Positions 23,756-35,277 of a stretch of 64,000 bases of DNA are shown piece after piece. The position numbers and the translations under genes were made by a program. This DNA is from Lama glama (taxonomy: Eukaryota), in contig CM052841.1 in NCBI GenBank assembly GCA_028534125.1, forward strand, positions 67,394,001-67,458,000, read 5' to 3'. Below the pieces are notes generated by a model, which made no database searches, was not told where the DNA came from, and worked only from the letters and a program-made list of their open reading frames with translations. The stretch's first letter is position 1. Every line of letters starts with the position of its first letter.

Positions 23756-26700
23756 CTCTGTTCCCATGGGGTCTTCCGGGCTCGGTCTGGAAGCCGGCCG
23801 GCCGCCCTGGGCGGGGCGGGTGGCGGAGGGCCTGCTGGCCTCACCCTGGCCGGGGCTGGGTCCAGGCAAGGCACCTGGCTGCCCCGACAGCGGTGGTAGC
23901 TGGTCCTGGGCCACGAGACCCGGGCCTGGGGCTCCTGGGTGCCTGCCCCCAGGTCCTTTCTCCTCCGGGTCCCGTCCAGAGGCACTGCCCTCCGTCAGCA
24001 GCCACCAGCCCCGGGTGTGCAGCCACCTACACGGCCCCAGGCTGCCTGAGCCCAGCCCGGCGGCCATACTGGAGCTCACGCAGCCACAGAATGTGATGCC
24101 ATCTCACCTCCTGGTTAATAACCAGGTAATGACGCTCTGTCTGCTCCAGCTCCTCTGCGGCGGGGCCGGGCCGGCTGCAGTTCGGTGATGCTGCCCAGAT
24201 CCTCTCGTGCCCCTGTCCAGCAGGCACCCTCCGGGGAGGCCCTGGGCGCCCTGGAGCTGGGAGCCTTGAGGGCCAGAGTCCTGCTAGACACACGGTACCG
24301 AGGAAGAGACTGGTTCTCAGTGGAAGGGGGTGACCCTCACGACAGGCTGGCGGCCAAAATGGCGCAGTTGCCCCGGTGCCCCCTGAAATGCATTCACACA
24401 CATGCGACATGCACAGGACACGTGTGTTCACACACAATCCTGCACGCTGGTACACCACCTCACTGACTCTCCTGGGCAAGGGGAGCCCCAGGACTGTCAT
24501 GATGGTGGATGCAGGGCACAGTCGGGGCAGAAGGGGCTCTCGGGCCTCAGGGAAGGTCGAGGCAGGACTGAGTGGGCCCCTGCGGCTGTCGAGGCCCCAC
24601 ACCCACACTTTCCCCCTTCCCAGGCCGCGTGGGGAGGCTGCACCAGACCGCAGTGGGGGGGCAGTGCCCGCGGGACGCGGGGGACTAGCCGGGAGGCCCG
24701 CTGCCGAGCCTGCTGCTGGTCCCTGCAGTCAGGCCGTGGCCGAGCCCACCGGCCCTCGGCCCGGACCTCCGGGGTGGGGGGGCGGCCCGGGGAGACAGCC
24801 CCTGCGGGCCCCCGGGCTGCACTGGGACCGGCCCACTCTGGGTTCCTGTCATCAAAGCTCAAGTATACCGGCCGCGGGGGCCCCTTCTTGGTCTGGAAAG
24901 GGGTCAGCCCTGGGGGGCCTGGAGACCTGGAGGGTTGTCTCCCCACTGAGGGCCCCTCATCCTGCCCCCCCGCGGGCCCGCTCTGGGCTCGCCCCCCGCG
25001 AGGTTGCCGCGGGGACGCCTCAGGCTCGGGCTGCGAGGGCACAGGTGTGACGTGCCCGTGAGAGGCGGCTCCGAAGGCCGCAGGGCAGGGGGAGGCTGCG
25101 GGCACTCGGGGGAGGCCAGGAAAAGGAAAGCTCCACACAGGCTCCCGGGCCACAGCAGGGCAGCGACCAAGATGACCTGACCTGGCCGAGTCCCACAGAC
25201 ACTGTCCAGGACGCAAGCTCCCGGGCCCACCTGGGTGGCGTGCTGTCCCCAGAGGAGGGGGAGCAAGGAGCCAGTGGGCGTGGGGGGCTGAGAGGCGGGT
25301 GAACAGGGCTCCACCACCCGACTTCCTGCGGAGAGCGGGCCTGGGGAGCCCCCAGGGGCAGGAGCCCCACCCCGTCACTGCGCTCCCACCGGTCAAGTGG
25401 AGACCCCGGGCTGCCACGGGCATGGCGTGCTAACCTGGCTTGAGGCCTCCTTGCAGCCTCTGGCTGCCCTGCTGATTCCTGCCCAGGATAGTCCCCTGTG
25501 TCAGAGATGCTTGATCAGTTTATCTCAGCGGGAGCAGGTGGTGACAGAGCCTTAGCAGGGCTTGGGGCTTGTAACCTGAGAGGTGAGGGCTGGGCAGGGG
25601 GCTTCTGGATGGGACGTTGCTGGGCACCCCTGTGTACCAGGCCCTGTGCTGGGTGCCCGGCACCCAGCGACCAGAAAGGGCTGGCCCTGCCATCAGCAAG
25701 CGGGGCCGTGTGACGGGAGAGAGGGCCCGCGTGGGAGGCGGAGGAGGGGCATCCCGGGGGGCCGGGGCGAGCCCCATGGAGACCTGGCACCCGCCCCAGG
25801 ACATGAAGGGCGGGGGAGTGGGTGTCATCACCGGGCCCGGGGGCAGCGGAACCTGAGTGGCCAGAGCCCTGCGGAGGAGGCCAGGGAGGTGAGACTTCAG
25901 GCAGGAAGGGGCTGGAATGTGGAGGGAGTCAGGGAAAGGGGCCACAGAAAGGTTTCAGTCCTCAGGGCCCTCATGTGCAGACAGCCCCACCTGCCTCCCA
26001 ACTCGGGGGCTCCCCAGCAGTGGTAAGGGCTGCCCCAGCCTGGACACAGACAGGCCACTGCTCCCGTGCCTGCCAGCGTGGATCCCGACGGGAGTGCCAG
26101 CCAGCTGCCTGGACCTCCCATCCGCTCTGTCCCTGGCGGGCCGTCCAGCTGCCGGTGACCTCGTGGACTGAGAGTGTCAGAGTGGACGGGCCATTCAGTC
26201 TAGCATTTCCACCCGCCCGCCAGCAGCCAGCGAGCCCATCGACACAGATGTCTGGAGAACACACTGGAGGTGGGGAGGGCAGGGCAGAGCAGCGCCCCTG
26301 GGAGGAGTCCTGAGACGAGAGACGGGGCCCAGAGGCCGTAGCAGCCCACTGTCTGTTAGGACAGACCCCACTGAAGGCGCACTGGGCGGCTCAGCACGGG
26401 AGCCCCACCTGTGAGGTGGCACTGCCCCCTGCTGGAGGCGCCAGGGCAGAGCCCACCCTGGTCCTTTGGTCCCTCCGTCCACAGGCGTTTCCTGTGGCCC
26501 ACGCTGCAGTGCGTCCCAGTTCCCTGCATGTAGACTCGCTGGAGATTCACAGAATCCTGACGCCCAGATCGCCCCCCCGAGCCAATTAAATCAGAAGGTC
26601 TGGGCGGGCGCGGGTGGCACCAGCGCTGTGTAGAGACTCCCAGGTGGGCCAGGCAGCGGAGTGCTGCTGTGCGCTCAGCCTGGGCCGGGGGCGGGGCGGG

Positions 26701-27989
26701 CCCCCGTCCCCGCGGTGGGGACAGGAGCCTCCACCTCCCAGGGCTGTGGTGACGAGGGTGTACAAGACCTCGGTCATCCAGAAAGTGCTCTGATGTCGTC
26801 ACTCGCTCCCTGTTTTGTTTCTGTGTGAGGAGGGTGTCATGCTGGGACACGGACCTGGGCAGGGTAGGGGCTGGAGCCCTTGGAGATCAGGCCCGGGGCC
26901 ATGCTGGGAAAGCCAGGCTGTGGGCCTGGTCCCAGGGAGCCCTGGAAGGGTCTTGGTTCATTTGTTCATCCCCTCATTCATTCACTGGATGGCCCCACCC
27001 TGAGGGGTTGTCCGCCCCACTGGGGCACCAGGGCCTGAGTCCCTGAGCACCTGGACCGCCCCCCACCCCCTGAAGGACGACCTGGCACAGCTGTCCCTGA
27101 GCTTGACCGTGACTGACCCCTGGGACACTGACCTAACCTGGCAGGGCTGGCTGTGGACGCTAGGACCCAAAACCTGTGGGGGCAAGGCGCTGGACACACA
27201 GTGGGGCTGGAGAAATCTGCTTCTGCTCTTGGGGCCACTGTTGGTTCTGGAGTTTACAAGCCAGAGGTCGGCCAGGAGCTTCTGCCCGGGGGGCGCGGCG
27301 GGCGGGGGCCTGGGACCAACGCGCCTGACGGCGACCTTCCCGGCTGCCCTGCCCCTCGGGGGTGGTCCTGATGCAGCTTTGAGAAGCCTGCTCTGGCTGG
27401 GGAGTGACAGGTGTCTGGGGCAGCCACCAAAGCCGGACCTGCCCTTCTCACACCAGCAGCTGCCAGAGCCTGGCCAGGGCCATCCGGGGAGGCCCAAGGC
27501 TCAGGAGGCCAGGTTCACCCCCAGCTGCTGATCAGTGGACAACATGCTTACCTCCTGGGCCTCGGTCTCCCCTCTGTGGACAGGGAGAATTGCAATGAGC
27601 GTGTGTGCAAAGGCTCAGAGCAGAGTAACACTCTCGGCAAAGGTGAGTAGCCCCATTGCTCAGGTAAGAAATTGACGCCGGGCAGAGTGGTGATGGTGCG
27701 GGCTCAGTGAGAGCAGTGGACCCGGGACCGGCTTCTAGGCGGTGCTCCAGGCAGGGGCCGGCCTGGGGCTGGAGGAGGGGGCAGGTGTGCGCCCGCCCAG
27801 ACGTCTGCTCGGAGCCCGGCTGCCCGGCTTCCCGGGTGCCGGGGCGGAGCAGCCCCGCAGAGCCGCCTGCAAACCGCCCTTTCCCACCTGCTGCTGCGTC
27901 CTCAGGGTGGCAGGTAGGGGCTGGGCCGTGGGTCCGAACTCTGTAGATGCCGAACGCATTTGAGAGCTGAGCAGGGGAGAGGCTGCTGG

Positions 27990-29595
27990 GACAGGCCATG
28001 AGGAGGCTCCCCTGGCAGCTCCCAGCCCCTCCAGGGGGCTGGGACGGCTGCTCTGGGAGGCCGTTTGGCAATTTCAGACAACGCTAGACACCGTGCACCG
28101 ACCGCGCTCCTGGGCGGCACAGCCGACCTGAAAACACGCCCACCCCCGCACGCTCCTCTCTAGCAGCTTTACTCACAGCCACCAGAGCCTGGAGGCAGCC
28201 GCGGGGCCTTTCAGCAGCAGGCGGATGGACGAGCAGGCTGAGGTCCATCCAGACAGGGGAACTCTTAGCAATAACGAGAAGAGAGCCGTCAAGTCAGGAA
28301 AAGGCGGGGTGGATCATAGCGCACGTCGCTGGGGGAGACAGCCTGGGAAGGGGAGGCCACGCCTAGCACGGCCCCATTTGCATGAGGCTCCGGGCATGGC
28401 AGAACCAGAGGAAAGGCGAACAGATCGGTGGTCACCAGGGGCTGCTGTGGGGGAAGTGAGGAGGCGAGACACAGGGTTTAAAAATCCTGGGCAGCGAAAT
28501 GATTCTGTACGAGGCTGCTGGTGGATACGCCGCATGCTCGTCAGAACCCACAGGACTTTCACGGCACAAACAGTGAACCGTGTTTATGCAAATAAAACAA
28601 TTGCTCAGCGGGTGGGGAGAATCCCAGGGTGGACCACAGGCTGTGAGAGAACCATCCTCCTGAGCCAGCCTCACGGAAGGGGTGGCAGCTTTGAAATGAG
28701 TGGGGTTTGTAAAACTGGACGCGAGAGGCTGCCCTCTAGTGACCACGCAGCAGGTGGGAGCCAGCGTGTCGGCGTGGGAGGGGCAGGTAGGCAGGGTGGT
28801 GAAGGATCAGGGCTCACGACCTTGTGCACTATGCCTTCGTGCGGTCAGCTGCGTACAGACGGCTGCATGGAGAAACATCTAGAATTATGTGTAACGCAGC
28901 CCAGGTTAGGATACATGCAATTTTCTTGCTCCATCAGCTGAGAGACAGCAGAGTGACGGAGAGCACCCAGTGGCCACTGAGCACCCCCGCACCCAGGCCT
29001 TGGTTTCCAACACCATCCTCCAGTGCAAGAACCAGGATGCCTGGGGCAAGCCGCTGATTCGAGGGCAGGAAGTGGCCAGGATGAGCCTGGAGCATCTTGT
29101 TGAGCCAGGAGGTGACGGTCAAGAAGTCAAAAGCGGAACGGTGGGGTCGTCAGAGGGACAAGCAGGCGGCCGGCACGGTTCCCAGCGGCAGGGGCTGGAA
29201 AATCCAAGTGGGGACAGAGCAATTCAAGTAGAATTGGGTTACAACTCAAAGCATGATGTGAATGTCCGTGAGTCCGAACTCCTACAAATACATGCATCAC
29301 TAAGTGGAGGAGAAGGGACAAGTCGCCTGCAGAAGGGCTCCTAGTGCCCCCGCGGGGTCTTCCCGCCAAACCCACCGCCAAGTCCAGCCCCGAGAGCGGC
29401 GCCAGACAAGTCCCGGGCGAAGGACAGTCTACAGGCCCCCGAGCTGCCCCCTTACTGCCACGGCCATCGCCAAGAGGGGAGTCTGAGGGACCGTGCCCGC
29501 CCCGAGGGGCCCACGGGGGCCTGATGCCTGAAAGTCACGTGAGGTCCTGGGACAAAGGAGGACATTAGGTGAGAAACAAAGGACAGACGAAAACT
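27990..29595 (+). mobile_element. Old L1 (L1MC/L1MD-type) ORF2 end and 3' UTR, 5' part, interrupted by Tigger1
   Basis: Motifs such as tagcagctttactcacagcc, gagcacccccgcacccaggccttggtttccaacaccatcctccag, gatgagcctggagcatcttg and ggacattaggtgagaaac match recalled L1MC/MD 3' sequence. Confidence 0.7.
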
Positions 29596-31099
29596 CAGGC
29601 CGACTGCGTTTGTTGGCTCCGCTGTCCCGCCCTGAGCGGACACTGTGCTTTTCACAGATTGGAGGTCTGTTCCCACCCGGCCTCNNNNNNNNNNNNNNNN
29701 NNNNNNNNNNNNNNNNNNNNNNNNNNNNNNNNNNNNNNNNNNNNNNNNNNNNNNNNNNNNNNNNNNNNNNNNNNNNNNNNNNNNNNNNNNNNNNNNNNNN
29801 NNNNNNNNNNNNNNNNNNNNNNNNNNNNNNNNNNNNNNNNNNNNNNNNNNNNNNNNNNNNNNNNNNNNNNNNNNNNNNNNNNNNNNNNNNNNNNNNNNNN
29901 NNNNNNNNNNNNNNNNNNNNNNNNNNNNNNNNNNNNNNNNNNNNNNNNNNNNNNNNNNNNNNNNNNNNNNNNNNNNNNNNNNNNNNNNNNNNNNNNNNNN
30001 NNNNNNNNNNNNNNNNNNNNNNNNNNNNNNNNNNNNNNNNNNNNNNNNNNNNNNNNNNNNNNNNNNNNNNNNNNNNNNNNNNNNNNNNNNNNNNNNNNNN
30101 NNNNNNNNNNNNNNNNNNNNNNNNNNNNNNNNNNNNNNNNNNNNNNNNNNNNNNNNNNNNNNNNNNNNNNNNNNNNNNNNNNNNTGTGTTCTGTACGAGT
30201 CCAGCTGCCTTACATAGTGGTTCCTCTGGCGGACCTGGGGCAAGTGAACCAAAAATGTTCTGTGACGTATTCACCCTTCTCAATGCTGTTAAGAAACACT
30301 CTCAGTTCCCGGGAAGAGGCCAGCACAGCCACACTCACCGGCGTTTGGAAGACGCTGGCCCCAGCCCTCCTGGGTGGCTGAGGGGTGAAGGCTTCGCTGG
30401 AGGAAGTGGCAGCAGATGCGGTGGAAGCAGCAAGGGAGCCAGAACTGGACGTGCAGCCTGGGGATGGCGCCGCACTGCTGCAGCGTCGGGGCAACGCTCG
30501 CATGGAGGGAGCTGCCTCTCGTGGGTGAGCGAAGACAGTGGCTTCTTGAGATGGACTCCACTCCTGGTGAAGATGCTGTGAGGAATGTGGAAGTGACAAC
30601 AAAGTGTCTAGAATATTCCATAGACTTTGCTGATAAGGCCGTGACAAGTTTTCAGAGGACTGACACCGATTTTGGAAGAAGTCCTAGTGTGGGTGCACGC
30701 TGTCTGACAGCGTTGCCTGCTGCAGAGAGATCCTTAAAGGAAGAGTCAGTTGATGTGGCAAACTTCATTGGTGTCTTGTTTTACGAAATTGTCACAGCCC
30801 CTCCCCACCCCCAGCCTTCGGCCACCGCCACCCACTCAGGCAGCAGGAAAATCAGAGCCCGCTGAAGGCTCAGGTGATGGGTAGCGGTTCTCAGCCATCG
30901 AGCGTCAGAAGTGCCAGCGTGTACACTGGTCGTTTGAGACGCGACGCCGCTGCATGCGTCACAGAACGGGGGGGGGGGCAGCGTAAACACCACTTTCAGA
31001 CGCACAGGAAACCAGACAGTCCTGGGACTCGCTCTCTTGGCTCATCGCTGCACTGCGGCGGGCGGAGGCTGGACCCACAGGGTCTCTGAGGTGCGCCTT
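29596..31099 (+). mobile_element. Tigger1 (TcMar-Tigger) DNA transposon fossil, split by the assembly gap
   Basis: 5' end caggc...cttttcacagattggaggtctgt. Transposase C-terminal remnant (WLLEMDSTPGEDAVRNVEVTTKCLEYSIDFADKA, ORF 30416..30865). 3' terminus ...ctctgaggtgcgcct resembles the Tigger1 TIR. Confidence 0.88.
29685..30184. other. Assembly gap (500 N)
   Basis: Run of n characters. Confidence 1.
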
Positions 31100-31265
31100 T
31101 CACAGCACGCCCATCCTGGTCCACGCGCTACAGCGCACGTGCTATAGGAACACAGGTGTCAGCACGGGGGAAACCTGGGCGTGGGGCTCGCGGGCTCGCT
31201 GTCCTGTCTCTGCCGCTCTCTGGTACATCTAACGCTCCAAAATTTTTAAGAAAAGTTTATTTAGA
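31100..31265 (+). mobile_element. Remainder (extreme 3' end) of the L1 interrupted by Tigger1
   Basis: ggggaaacctgggcgtggggctcgcgggctcgctgtcctgtctctg...tacatctaa...aaaagtttattt resembles an L1MC/MD 3' terminus. Confidence 0.65.
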
Positions 31266-32729
31266 GAAGTAAAGGCGCGTGTGTGCACAGCAGCCGGCGC
31301 AGGCCGCGGCCTGGCCCTGACTTAAGGAAGCCCGTGCGCTTGCCGAGGGCCCCGTGTGGGCTGCTCCGGCGGCCGGGAGTCAGGGCGCAGCTTTTCTAAA
31401 CAGAGTCCGCATCCAGCCTCTGACTGACATCCCGCACTCAGAGGAGCGTGGGAGAGAAGGCACGTGACTGCGGGGGCCTGGGGGCTGGGGCTGGAGGGGG
31501 CCGGGGAGGCGCCTGCTAGGCTGCCTGGCACTCCCCGCCCTCCCTCCCTCCGACCCCTCTCCGGTCACCAGCCAGGGTCCCTGGCATGTGCGCCTGCACC
31601 TTAGTCTCCCCAGGAGTGAAAGCTCTTCAGGGGTGGGCGCGACCCTGATTACACGAGCTCATGTGGCAGGTTTTTGTCCCTGAGCTCAGCTGATGCAGGA
31701 GCAGCCTGGGAGCCTAGGGCGGGGTGGGGCCCTCTCCCAGTCAGTGGCCACCTGGCGGCCCTGCAGCCTGGCTTCCAGGGACCTGTGAACACACTGGGGA
31801 CTGCAGGGCTGGGGCTCAGCATGGCAGCCAGGCCACACTGCGTGTCACCCCGGGCTGGTCAGACTCCAGCTCTCTCACAGAACACCCCTAGGTTCCAGGT
31901 CTGCAGGATGTGGGCTGGGGCGGCCCCAGGACCAGGGTCTGAAGGCTGTCCCCACTGAGAGGCGGGCCTTTCTCGCTTGTCTGGGGCTGGACGGGGAGGG
32001 CGAGGGCAGGCAGACTCGAGGTCCATGTGGAGCAGGGAGAGCGAGCTTGCAAAGCCTCTGAGGCCGTGTTCCATGGAGTGACGGGGGGCTGGGAGACCAG
32101 GGCCCTGCTGGTGGGGGCAGCCCAGAACCCCACCTTAGTCCTCTCCCACCCGCCCCCCAGGAATACAAGTGTGGGTTCCGGAGTCGCACACGTCAGCCCC
32201 TCGCTCGCTCACTGAGTGAGCTTCAGTTTCTCCATCTGTGAAATGGGTCAATCACAGGCCCGGCTGCATGGGGCTGAGGTGAACTGAGCACTCAGATGGC
32301 ATTGCCTCCGTCCTGGCATCAGAGAAACACTCAGCAAGTGACTGCTCTCCTCCACTAAGGGCAAGAGACCCTCAGGGGCTGGCTTACAGGAAGGTCCTTT
32401 TCCAAGAAGGGCCTTTCCTGGGCACCTGGGGAGTTTGGAGGTGCAGCTGGGGACGCTACGTGGTATGCGCGGAATCTGTGACAAGCGTGAGTCTGTCTGG
32501 AACTGAACCGTGCTGAGGAATTCCCGACGTGGGTGAGGATGGTGGAGGGGCAGACTGTTGCAGGGCTGGAGGTGGCTGCAGAGACGGCCCAGGGAGTGGA
32601 GGACCAAGATATCACGGTGGCCAGAGGGCCTTGAGGTCTCGGAGGGCCCTGGGTGGGACAAGTGGAAGGAAAGAGTCCAGGAACTTGCCAGGAAGTACAA
32701 ATCCAGTGAACTTGGATACAACAAACAAG

Positions 32730-32800
32730 TTTTATTTATTTTTTTATTTTATTTTATTAATTAATTTATTTTATTAATTAATAAAAGAAATTTACAAAAA
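32730..32800. repeat. AT-rich low-complexity tract with 17-bp tandem duplication and 18-bp palindrome
   Basis: tttattttattaattaa x2 (32748-32781); ttttattaattaataaaa palindrome (32769-32786). Confidence 0.9.
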
Positions 32801-34857
32801 ACCCCAACCAGCTGGGAGCACGTGGAATGAAGATGGAGGGGCTGTTCGGAACTCTTCGTCCAGGGCAGCTGTTTGGCCGTCCAGCCCACAGCAGGGGCTG
32901 CCTGGAGCCCTGTGTTAAGAAAGATTCAGGTGCCTGACGGGCTGGTTCTGCCGAAGCCTTAGGAGGATGGAGGCTGTGCACCCACCCCCCGATGGCACTG
33001 TCGCCATGTAGCTGCTCTGACGGGTCAGTCGGAATATTGAGATGGCAGCTGGCTTAGAGGTCTGGAGTCAGGTGACTTCCCTGGCTCACCCCTCCGACTC
33101 TGGTGGTTTCCTTCCGTCGGTCACATCAGGACCTCTCAGCTGCTGGAAATCCCACCGGCTCCTGGACACCCTCCCCAACCCCTCCCACCACAACGGCTTG
33201 TAAAGCTGGGCTGCAGTTCTCTGGGTCGACAGTGGGTGGCTCTCTCTAATGACGCCAAGCTGAAAGATCCTCAGCTCTGTAACTAGGGCTTTGTAAAACC
33301 AAATAACTTATTGAATGAGCAAGTTCAATAAAGCGCATTTCTGTGCACAGAGATGTGTGGATTATAACTTTGAATTGAGTCAGACTCAAGGAAAGAGACG
33401 CTCCAGGATCTCGTTATTACCCACAAACAGCTTTCCTTGGCTTGTGAGGTGACTCCAATAAAAAGGGGCCTCCTTGGAGTACAGGATGGGTGTGAAACCC
33501 ACCACAGCTGGAAGTATTTAGTCTCCTCCCCCAGAGGAGCCCCTGACTTCCTGGGCACCTTTAATATACCTAGAAGGAGGGGTGGGGGGCAACATCGCCA
33601 GGTGCCTGCACCTGGTCTGAGGGCAGAGAAGGGGCCGGGCTGTCAGCGCCCACCTCCACCACCAGAGGGCGGCATTGCCCCGCTGAGTGAGCACACCGCC
33701 TAGCCCGGCGGCCGGTGCTGATTGGCTAAGCCCTGTCATCTCCCTGGCAGCCGTCCTCCTCTCCCGGGGCCCATCCCGCAGCCTGGTGCTCTGTGACGGA
33801 CAGGAGCTGCCCCTCCGCTCTCTGTCCCCGTGCCTGGGGCCGGGGAGCTGCCCAGATGGGCTATGTGGGATGGTGGGAGCAGCCAGGGGCCCCGACAGCA
33901 TCTCGGATTTCATCTGTGCTGAGGGCCCTCCTTGTCCCCAGAGCTTCTTTCCAGTCCTGGAAACACGGAACCGATAAAAGGAGTGAGTTTTCAGAGCCAG
34001 ACACGAAGGCGGTAGTCGTCTCACACCCGGCGGTGGGGAGTGGTCCCGGGAGGGTGGACCTGCTGCCGCGGGGAGAGGGCAATGCAGAGCTCAGGGGATC
34101 GTGGGCAGAAGAGTGGAGGTGCCTGGGACGTCCACCTGGCGGAGGTCCAGTGGGAGCCCCCTCTGTGGCCAGGCCTTGGGTGTGAAGTGATTATGACTTC
34201 TGACCGCCTTCCACCCCCATGTGATACCCTAGCTTGTCCCCAGAGGCGGCAGGAAGCTTCAGGGGGCACCTTCCCAGTTCAGAGCGAGACACAGAGGAGA
34301 GGGGAGGTTGGGGATATGCCAGGAGCCCTCGAGTGGCCACGTCTAGGAGGCCAGGGCCATGGGTCCCGGCCAAGTGCTCAGGAAGCAAGGTGTGGGTGGG
34401 TGGGCGGACAGTCTAGACAGCACGGTCAGTGAGGAGCCAGCCACACCAAGACCCAGAGAAGGACACCGCAGCCTCCCGCTTCCCCTCCCTCCTCCCTCCA
34501 ACTCGGCCTGGCAGACTCTTACCCTGAGCCAAAGGCCGGCACCCAGCCTGTCCACTGTGAGTCCGCAGGGGTGGTCAAGGACGAGCTGGCAAACCTCTGT
34601 AGCTCCTCACTCACTGGAGCTCCCTGTCTTCCCTGGGGGCACCCCCATCTCCTCCCCCAGGTGCGTGAGACCCCAGCAAGGGGCCAGGTGCCGGACGGGG
34701 CTGAGCACATGACATGCAGGTTGGGTGTGGACTCCAGTGGAGGGAGCTGTGGCTCAGTAAACACCTCATGTTGTCTGTATTGTGACAGGAGAGTCATGGT
34801 TCATGCTGGGGCCAGTCCGAGGCTCCAGGGCAGAGGCATTTGGCCCCAAGAGCCCTT

Positions 34858-34920
34858 GAATTCATTCATTCATTCATGCATGCATGCATTCATTCATTCA
34901 TGCATTCACTCAGCAAACAC
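34858..34920. repeat. (CATT)n/(CATG)n simple repeat, probably an L2 tail
   Basis: ttcattcattcattcatgcatgcatgcattcattcattcatgcattcactcagcaaacac. Confidence 0.85.
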
Positions 34921-34974
34921 TGCTTGGAAATCTGAATGGGCCAGGCCCTGGGCTGGCGCAGGAGAGAGCAGAGT

Positions 34975-35277
34975 CTGCCCGACAGAATTAACCTGGGCCC
35001 ATGTGTGACCGAAAATTTTCTAGTAGCTGCATTAAGAACCATGTGAATTTTAATAATATGTTTTATTTAACTCAATATGTCAAACTATTATTATTTCAGC
35101 ATGTGAGCATCTAAAAATGATTAATGAGCTACTTTACGTTCATTCTTTGGGTGCCGAGTCTGAGACGTGGTACTAATTTTTCCCTTACAGCCCATCTCCA
35201 CTTGTACAAGCCACATTTCAAGCTGTCAAAGGCACGTGTGGCCAGTGGCTGGCATATGGGACAGTGAAAGTCTAGAA
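34975..35277. mobile_element. MER33-like hAT-Charlie non-autonomous DNA transposon
   Basis: aaattttctagtagc...aattttaataatatgttttatttaactcaatat...cttacagcccatctc...agccacatttcaag...gtgtggccagtggct...ggacagtg. Confidence 0.8.

Noticed and set aside
29429-30581. Long ORFs containing X runs
   Set aside because: Artefacts of the 500-N gap.
30416-30865. Transposase-like ORF as a domesticated TIGD gene
   Set aside because: A short, frameshifted and heavily diverged C-terminal Tigger1 remnant without the DNA-binding domain or an intact DDE core.
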